64,000 bases of DNA from Acidobacteriota bacterium (GTDB lineage Bacteria; Acidobacteriota; UBA6911): contig QHZE01000451.1 of NCBI GenBank assembly GCA_003225335.1, positions 2,612 to 66,611 on the forward strand, written 5' to 3'. A program made the translations under genes and the position numbers. The notes under the pieces are model-generated. The model did no database searches, was not told the origin of the DNA, and saw nothing but the letters and a program-made list of their open reading frames with translations. This document shows positions 58,297-64,000 of the stretch, in pieces. Position 1 is the first letter of the stretch. Each line of letters opens with the position of its first letter.

Positions 58297-58365
58297 TTTT
58301 TCGTGAAATTCGTGAAATTCGCGGCGGTTTTTACTGATTACTGGCCACGAATTCCACGAATTAAA
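58297..58365. repeat. family D element
   Basis: TTCGTGAAATTCGTGAAATTCGCGGCGG...CTGGCCACGAATTCCACGAATTAAAAC. Confidence 0.75.
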
Positions 58366-58445
58366 ACTCTCCACAGCTTGCGAGAGAGTTAAGGGCCGCA
58401 TCAATTGACTCCCACTTCTAATTACACCCAGTTGCAGGAGGGGAC

Positions 58446-59165
58446 GTGACCTCCGCCGGCAAGACCTGCTACGCGCTGTCGCTGGGCTCGGTGGAATACC
58501 GCCGGGCGCTCGAGCTGCAAATGCAGGTTTGCGAAATGAAAAAGAAAGGCTTCCGGGAGGATGTCCTGCTTCTCCTGGAACACCCGCCGACGATAACACT
58601 GGGCCGGAACGGCGGGTGGCATCATCTTCTGGCTTCTAAGGAGGGGCTGGCGGCCCGAGGGGTCGAATGCTTTGAAGTCGATCGTGGCGGCGACATTACG
58701 TTCCACGGCCCGGGACAAGTCGTCGGATATCCTCTGCTGCAGTTGGAAGGGCGGGAGCGTGATGTTCACCGCTACATGAGGTGTCTCGAGGATGTGCTCC
58801 TACGGGTGCTTGAAGCCTATGGAATAGAGAGCGCGCGGCGGGAAGGCCTCACCGGAGTATGGACCGGCCAGGGGAAGATCGCAGCCATGGGCGTTCACAT
58901 CAGTCGCTGGATCACGCGTCACGGTTTCGCCCTTAACGTGCGGACGGACCTTGCGTATTTCGACCTTATCGTTCCCTGCGGCATCGCAGGGGCGGGCATC
59001 GCATCCATGAGCTCTATTCTCCGGCGGAATGTTGAAGTCCAGGAGGTGGCCGATTTGCTGGTGGAGGAGTTCGGTTCGGTTTTCGAGCGCCGGGTGGTCC
59101 GAGTGAGCGAAGGCGATCTCTACAAAGCAATGCAGACGCATGCCCACCAAAACGCAGTTGCATGA
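58446..59165 (+). CDS. lipB: lipoyl(octanoyl) transferase
   Basis: ..RGG..T.HGPGQ.VGY.. and ..GVW..KIAA.G.. are LipB motifs. 239 aa. Confidence 0.8.
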   Translation: MTSAGKTCYALSLGSVEYRRALELQMQVCEMKKKGFREDVLLLLEHPPTITLGRNGGWHHLLASKEGLAARGVECFEVDRGGDITFHGPGQVVGYPLLQLEGRERDVHRYMRCLEDVLLRVLEAYGIESARREGLTGVWTGQGKIAAMGVHISRWITRHGFALNVRTDLAYFDLIVPCGIAGAGIASMSSILRRNVEVQEVADLLVEEFGSVFERRVVRVSEGDLYKAMQTHAHQNAVA

Positions 59166-60105
59166 GCTTTACTACTGGATGCAATTGACCCGCATCCTGG
59201 AGGAAAAGCTGGTCGCTCTCTACCGCACCGGCAAGGTGGTAGGGGGTGTTTACACGGGCCGGGGACAGGAAGCTATCGCGATCGGGACCGCGTACGCACT
59301 CGAGAAGGACGATCTGCTTGCCCCCATGATCCGGAACCTTGGCTCCTTGCTCGTGCGCGGGTTTTGCCCCGAGGATGCCCTGGCGCAGTACCTGGCGCGT
59401 GCCACCAGCCCAACCCGCGGACGCGATTGCAACTTGCACATGGGGGACTTGGGAAAGGGCGTGATCGCGCCGATAAGCATGCTGGGAGCGCTGATCCCTG
59501 TCATGGCTGGGGCGGCTCTGGCGGTCAAGATTCAAAAAAAGAGGAGCGTGGCTCTGACCTACATAGGGGACGGCGGCACGAGCACGACCGATTTTCACGA
59601 GGGGCTCAACTTTGCCGCCGTCCGCAAAGTGCCTCTGGTTCTGGTGATCGAGAACAACGGTTGGGCGTATTCGACTCCGGTTGCCAGGCAAACAGCCAAT
59701 CCCGAGTTCGTGATTCGGGCACAGGCATACGGCGTGGCAGGGTTTCAAGTGGACGGAAACGACGTGCTCGCAGTGTACGAGGCGGCGTGCAAAGCCATGG
59801 ATCACGCCCGGCAGGGAAACGGGCCTGTTCTTATCGAAGCCAAGACCATGCGCATGAGGGGGCACGCCGAACACGACGACGCGTGGTACGTGCCCAGAGA
59901 CGAAATCGAACACTGGAAGACCCGGGACCCTGTCGACAGATTCGAACGTTACCTGCGCGAAACCGGATCGATGTCTGAGGAAGAACGGAATACAATTTTG
60001 CGCCGGATCAACGGCGAAGTGGACAGGGCCGCAGAGCTTGCCGAACAGGGCCCGTTGCCGTCGGGAGAAGACGCGGCAGGTGGTGTGTATCATGAGACAA
60101 CATGA
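59140..60105 (+). CDS. 2-oxoacid dehydrogenase E1 component alpha subunit (TPP-dependent), copy 1
   Basis: TPP motif ..IGDGGTSTTDFHEGLNFA...NN. It overlaps the lipB end by 26 nt. Confidence 0.85.
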   Translation: MPTKTQLHELYYWMQLTRILEEKLVALYRTGKVVGGVYTGRGQEAIAIGTAYALEKDDLLAPMIRNLGSLLVRGFCPEDALAQYLARATSPTRGRDCNLHMGDLGKGVIAPISMLGALIPVMAGAALAVKIQKKRSVALTYIGDGGTSTTDFHEGLNFAAVRKVPLVLVIENNGWAYSTPVARQTANPEFVIRAQAYGVAGFQVDGNDVLAVYEAACKAMDHARQGNGPVLIEAKTMRMRGHAEHDDAWYVPRDEIEHWKTRDPVDRFERYLRETGSMSEEERNTILRRINGEVDRAAELAEQGPLPSGEDAAGGVYHETT

Positions 60106-61180
60106 CAAAGATCTTCATCCGTCCGCGAAGGTTCCTTCCGTGCGCGAGGAGAAATTGACGGAGGGACGGGAGAGCGTCGGCGTGGCCCTGCAGAGCGCCC
60201 TCGTCCACTCCATAGGCGCGGAACCGCTGCGGCGAATGCTCTACTACATGATGCTGACGCGCGAGCTGGAGAATCGAATCGAAAGAAAGCTGTACCGCCA
60301 AGGGAAAATTGTGGGCGGCGTGTATGTCGGCCGCGGGCAGGAAGCCATCAGCGTCGGGTCCTGCACCCTCACTCGGCCGCAGGATGTCGTATGTCCATCC
60401 CATCGCGATATGGCAGCATTTCTGATCCGGGGCATGACCCCGCCGAGGATACTTGCGCAGTACATGGGCAGGCGCGACGGCTACACCCGCGGAAGAGACG
60501 GCAACATGCATATGGGAGACCTCAAGCTGCACGTGATTTCGTTTGTCAGCATGCTGGCCGACAACGTCCCGGTCGCGGCCGGAGTCGGGCTCGCGTTCAA
60601 GATGCGCAAGGAAGACAGGGTGGTCCTCTGCTATTTCGGCGATGGCGCCACCAGTCGCGGAGACTGGCACGAGGGGCTGAACTTTGCCTCTGTCGAGAAG
60701 TTGCCGGTCGTTTACATTTGCAACAACAATCAGTTTGCGTATTCGACGCCCGTGCAATTACAGATGGCGGTGGAGAACGTGGCCGATCGCGCTCCGGCTT
60801 ACGGGATGCTGGGAGAAATCGTGGACGGCAACGACGTTCTCGCCGTTTATGACGCGACCCGAAGAGCGATCGAACGGGCGCGCGCCGGGCTCGGACCCAC
60901 TCTGCTCGAATGCAAGACGTTTCGCATGACTGGTCATTCCGCCCACGATGACGCCTCGTATGTCTCCAGGGAGGTCTTCGAAGAGTGGGAGCGAAAAGAT
61001 CCTATTTCCCGCTACCAGCGGGTTCTCTTGCAGGAGGAGATTATCTCGCAGGAGAAGATCGACGCGATGCAGCGGCAGGTAATTGAGGAGATAGACCAGG
61101 CAGTAGATTGGGCGGAAAGCAGCCCTTATCCGGAGCCGGAGGATTGCTTGCGCGGAGTCTATTATGAGGATGACGAATAA
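60092..61180 (+). CDS. 2-oxoacid dehydrogenase E1 alpha subunit, tandem paralogue (copy 2) with about 45 aa N-terminal extension
   Basis: Start ATG 60092. TPP motif ..FGDGATSRGDWHEGLNFA..NN. About 45% identical to copy 1 by eye. Confidence 0.85.
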   Translation: MRQHDKDLHPSAKVPSVREEKLTEGRESVGVALQSALVHSIGAEPLRRMLYYMMLTRELENRIERKLYRQGKIVGGVYVGRGQEAISVGSCTLTRPQDVVCPSHRDMAAFLIRGMTPPRILAQYMGRRDGYTRGRDGNMHMGDLKLHVISFVSMLADNVPVAAGVGLAFKMRKEDRVVLCYFGDGATSRGDWHEGLNFASVEKLPVVYICNNNQFAYSTPVQLQMAVENVADRAPAYGMLGEIVDGNDVLAVYDATRRAIERARAGLGPTLLECKTFRMTGHSAHDDASYVSREVFEEWERKDPISRYQRVLLQEEIISQEKIDAMQRQVIEEIDQAVDWAESSPYPEPEDCLRGVYYEDDE

Positions 61181-61186
61181 CGAGAC

Positions 61187-61290
61187 CTCCGACCTCAGAC
61201 CTCAGACCGCGCGGAAGCAGTCTCAGGTCCGAGGGTCTGACCCCTGAGGTCTGACTTCTCGTCATTCGTCATTCGTCACTCGTCATTCCA
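61187..61290. repeat. GACCTCAGAC palindrome plus TCATTCGTCA tandem units between E1-alpha copy 2 and E1-beta
   Basis: CGACCTCAGACCTCAGACC...GTCTGACCCCTGAGGTCTGAC then TCGTCATTCGTCATTCGTCACTCGTCATTC. Confidence 0.7.
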
Positions 61291-61291
61291 T

Positions 61292-62266
61292 ATGAGTCCG
61301 ACAACGTACCTGGAGGCGATTCGCCAGGGAATCTGGGAGGAGATGGAGCGCGATGAGCGCGTCTTCATCCTCGGAGAAGACGTAGGAATCTACGGAGGCG
61401 CCTTCAAGGTCACAGAGGGGATGCTGGAGCGCTTCGGCGCCCATCGTGTGATCGACACGCCTATTTCCGAGTCTGCGATCGTGGGAGCCGCTATCGGCGC
61501 CGCTTACATGGGTCTGCGGCCGATCGCCGAAATGCAGTTCATTGACTTCATTTCCTGCGCTTTTGACCAGATCACGAACTTTGCCGCGAAGTCCCGGTAC
61601 CGCTGGGGCGCCGGAGTTCCCATGGTCATCCGGGGGCCCTCAGGGGGCGGCGTGCACGGCGGGCCGTTCCACTCGCAAAACCCCGAGATGTACTTTGTCC
61701 ATACCCCCGGCCTTAAGGTGGTTGCGCCCTCCACCGCCTATGACGCGAAGGGATTGATCAAAGCTGCTATCCGTGACGAGGATCCGGTCATTTACCTGGA
61801 GCACAAGTTTCTCTATCGCAGGGTCAAGGAAGAACTGCCCCAAGACGACTACACAGTCCCGATCGGGAAAGCCGTCATTCGCCGTCCGGGGCGGGACCTC
61901 GTGGTCTTGACCTACGGCGCTATGGTCTACATCGCCATGGAGGCGGCCTCCGAACTGGTTAAAGAGGGTATCGACCTCGAAGTGATAGATCTAAGAAGCC
62001 TGCTTCCGCTCGATAAGGAAACCATCCTGGAGTCGGTGAGGAGAAACAACAAGGTCTTCGTCTTGCACGAGGACACGCGAACAGGAGGGATTGCGGGTGA
62101 GATCGCTGCCGTCATTTGCGAGGAGGCCTTCGAGTATCTCGATGGGCCTGTCTTGCGCGTAACGGCCCTGGACACCCCCGTTCCGTACAGCCCTCCATTG
62201 GAAGAATTCTTTCTTCCAAAAGTGCCGGACGTTCTCAAAACGGCGCGGATGCTGGCTTCGTATTAG
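61292..62266 (+). CDS. 2-oxoacid dehydrogenase E1 component beta subunit
   Basis: Transketolase-like pyrimidine and C-terminal domains (..FLLGEDVG..). 324 aa. Confidence 0.9.
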   Translation: MSPTTYLEAIRQGIWEEMERDERVFILGEDVGIYGGAFKVTEGMLERFGAHRVIDTPISESAIVGAAIGAAYMGLRPIAEMQFIDFISCAFDQITNFAAKSRYRWGAGVPMVIRGPSGGGVHGGPFHSQNPEMYFVHTPGLKVVAPSTAYDAKGLIKAAIRDEDPVIYLEHKFLYRRVKEELPQDDYTVPIGKAVIRRPGRDLVVLTYGAMVYIAMEAASELVKEGIDLEVIDLRSLLPLDKETILESVRRNNKVFVLHEDTRTGGIAGEIAAVICEEAFEYLDGPVLRVTALDTPVPYSPPLEEFFLPKVPDVLKTARMLASY

Positions 62267-62369
62267 GCCGGACGCTGCCGGAAAGAATTTTCGTCTGCCT
62301 GGACTGCGCAAAATGAAACCACAGATGAACGCAAATTTACACAGAGCAGCCAAACCGCAACCAAAAAAC

Positions 62370-62642
62370 CTCACCGCAGAGGCGCGGAGAACGCGGAGGT
62401 CATCCCTCGGGGCGTCCCGCAAGGCGGGACTCAGCGTTTCTAACTCCCCGCACTCCCAGGAGAACGCACAAAAAATCCTTTGCCGGCAGGAAAGGATTTT
62501 TCTTCGCGGAATCTTCGCGCTCTTCGCGGCTTCGCGGTGAATCCTGGGCTGGACTTTCACCGCGAAGGCGCGAAGCACGCGAAGAAAACGCGAAGGACTT
62601 TAGTTTGGTTGCGGCTTTGCTGCTCTGTGTTCATCGGCGGGT
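62370..62642. repeat. composite family A-variant arms plus family I element
   Basis: TCACCGCAGAGGCGCGGAGAACGCGGAGG ... CTTCGCGCTCTTCGCGGCTTCGCGGTGAATC ... TTTCACCGCGAAGGCGCGAAGCACGCGAAGAAAACGCGAAGG, then TTTGGTTGCGGCTTTGCTGCTCTGTGTTCATCGGCGG. Confidence 0.75.
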
Positions 62643-62691
62643 TCATTCATGCTTTGCGAAGCGTGAAATTCATTAGGAGACTTACGATCTC

Positions 62692-64000
62692 ATGGCCACA
62701 AAAGTAATCATGCCCCAGATGGGGGAATCCATATTCGAAGGGACCATTACCAAGTGGTTGAAAAGGGTAGGCGACCGGGTGAGCCGGGACGAGCCTCTGT
62801 TCGAGATTTCTACCGACAAGGTGGATTCGGAGATTCCTTCGCCTGCCTCCGGGGTTCTGACTCAGATTCTCGTCCCAGAAGGCCAGACAGTGCAAATCAA
62901 CACTGTGGTTGCGGTCATCGACGGAGACGGAACGCAGCCCGAAGTTGAAAAGGCAGAAGCCCCTGCGCCGGCGAAGGCTGAGATCCGAGAAGCTCCGGTG
63001 GAAAAGCCCAGACCTGTCGAAGAGAAGCCCAAGCCTGTCGAGGAGAAGCGAACGGTACAGGAGTTCAAGCCTCGCACGGAGGCGAAGCCCCCAGCGCCGC
63101 AGCCCAAAGCAGTTTCGGAACTTGCGTACGCACCACTGGAAATCCGCGCCTCGCCTCTGGTGCGGCGCCTGGCTCGAGAACACAACATCGACCTGTCCCA
63201 CCTTCAGGGCACGGGCCTGGGCGGCCGCATTACCAAGCAGGACATACTGAGTCATATAGACCAGGCGCGTGAAGCCGGAGCCGTGTCGGAGCCTGTGAGA
63301 ACTGCCGTCCCACGCGCGGAAGAGAAGGCAGCAGCGGCCGGCGCCGAGGCCGCAAGAACCGGACCCGCAGTGGAAGTCCCGAAGTTCTCCGAAGACACGG
63401 AAATCGTGCCGATGACGCCGATGCGAAAGGCAATTGCCGAGCACATGGTGCTCAGTAAGCGCACGTCCGCTCATGTGAGCACAGTCTTCGAGGTGGACAT
63501 GACCCACGTCGTCCAGCTCCGGGAACAACATAAAGAGACGTTCGAAGACAGGGAGAAAATCAAGCTGACCTATACGCCCTTCTTTGTGAAGGCTCTGGTG
63601 GATACGATCAGGGAGTTCCCGATCATGAACTGCTCCGTGTCGGGCGATGCTATCGTTTACAAGCGTCCTATCAACGTGGGAATCGCGGTTGCGTTGGAAA
63701 CGGGACTGATCGTGCCTGTCGTAAAAGATGCGCATCTCAAGTCCTTCACCGGGCTGGCGCTGGCAATTCACGACCTGGCAGAGCGGGCGCGCACGAAGAA
63801 ACTGAAGCCGGAGGACGTGCAGCACGGGACCATTACGGTGACCAATCCCGGGATCTACGGTCCCCTCTTCGGCACTCCGATCATCAATCAGCCGCAGGTC
63901 GCAATCCTGGGAGTGGGGGGCATCGAAAAACGACCGGTGGTAATAAACGATGCCATCGCCATTCGCTCCATGGTTTACCTTTCCCTCACTTTTGATCACC
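62692..64000 (+). CDS. dihydrolipoamide acyltransferase (E2), 5' portion; continues beyond the window
   Basis: RBS AGGAGA. Lipoyl domain ..ISTDKVDSEIPSP.. A Pro/Ala/Glu linker. E3-binding domain. Start of the catalytic domain. Confidence 0.85.
   Translation, partial: MATKVIMPQMGESIFEGTITKWLKRVGDRVSRDEPLFEISTDKVDSEIPSPASGVLTQILVPEGQTVQINTVVAVIDGDGTQPEVEKAEAPAPAKAEIREAPVEKPRPVEEKPKPVEEKRTVQEFKPRTEAKPPAPQPKAVSELAYAPLEIRASPLVRRLAREHNIDLSHLQGTGLGGRITKQDILSHIDQAREAGAVSEPVRTAVPRAEEKAAAAGAEAARTGPAVEVPKFSEDTEIVPMTPMRKAIAEHMVLSKRTSAHVSTVFEVDMTHVVQLREQHKETFEDREKIKLTYTPFFVKALVDTIREFPIMNCSVSGDAIVYKRPINVGIAVALETGLIVPVVKDAHLKSFTGLALAIHDLAERARTKKLKPEDVQHGTITVTNPGIYGPLFGTPIINQPQVAILGVGGIEKRPVVINDAIAIRSMVYLSLTFDH

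Noticed and set aside
1-64000. tRNA, rRNA or other housekeeping RNA genes.
   Set aside because: No cloverleaf-compatible segments with T-loop GTTCRANYC motifs or rRNA-like conserved stretches were seen in any spacer. A tRNAscan or Infernal run would be needed for certainty.

Overview
A 64 kb GC-rich (roughly 60% GC) bacterial chromosomal segment with about 51 protein-coding genes on both strands. I found no rRNA, tRNA or CRISPR array. The gene content points to Acidobacteria or a similar soil Gram-negative lineage; this is an inference from a TonB-dependent receptor with a carboxypeptidase-regulatory-like N-domain, three tandem secreted COG1228-type amidohydrolases, and a Ser/Thr-kinase-fused sigma-54 activator.

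Housekeeping genes: gdhA, IscA/ErpA, folB, map, lpdA, lipB, and a 2-oxoacid dehydrogenase cluster with two tandem E1-alpha genes, E1-beta and E2.

Accessory modules:
- A giant (about 1890 aa) kinase-STAND-TPR-GAF-sigma54 activator, split by a frameshift at an A6 tract. Directly upstream lies a perfect sigma-54 promoter driving an LPXTG-protein plus sortase operon. This is my strongest candidate for an undescribed regulatory/export system.
- An orphan nuoB-nuoD pair translationally coupled to a radical-SAM/SPASM enzyme and preceded by a small 2Fe-2S-type protein, with nuoI elsewhere.
- A Fur/PerR regulator fused to a rubrerythrin-like di-iron domain.
- A 3-keto-glycoside-type sugar cluster.
- An acyl-carrier-protein, asparagine-synthetase, GNAT, AMP-ligase and NadE-like cluster.

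The most striking sequence-level feature is the intergenic DNA. Almost every intergenic region carries copies of at least eight short palindromic repeat families, often nested or composite, plus one MITE-like element.

Start codons were re-evaluated where ORF calls ran through repeats. Product calls rest on motifs I could read in the translations; no database search was possible.
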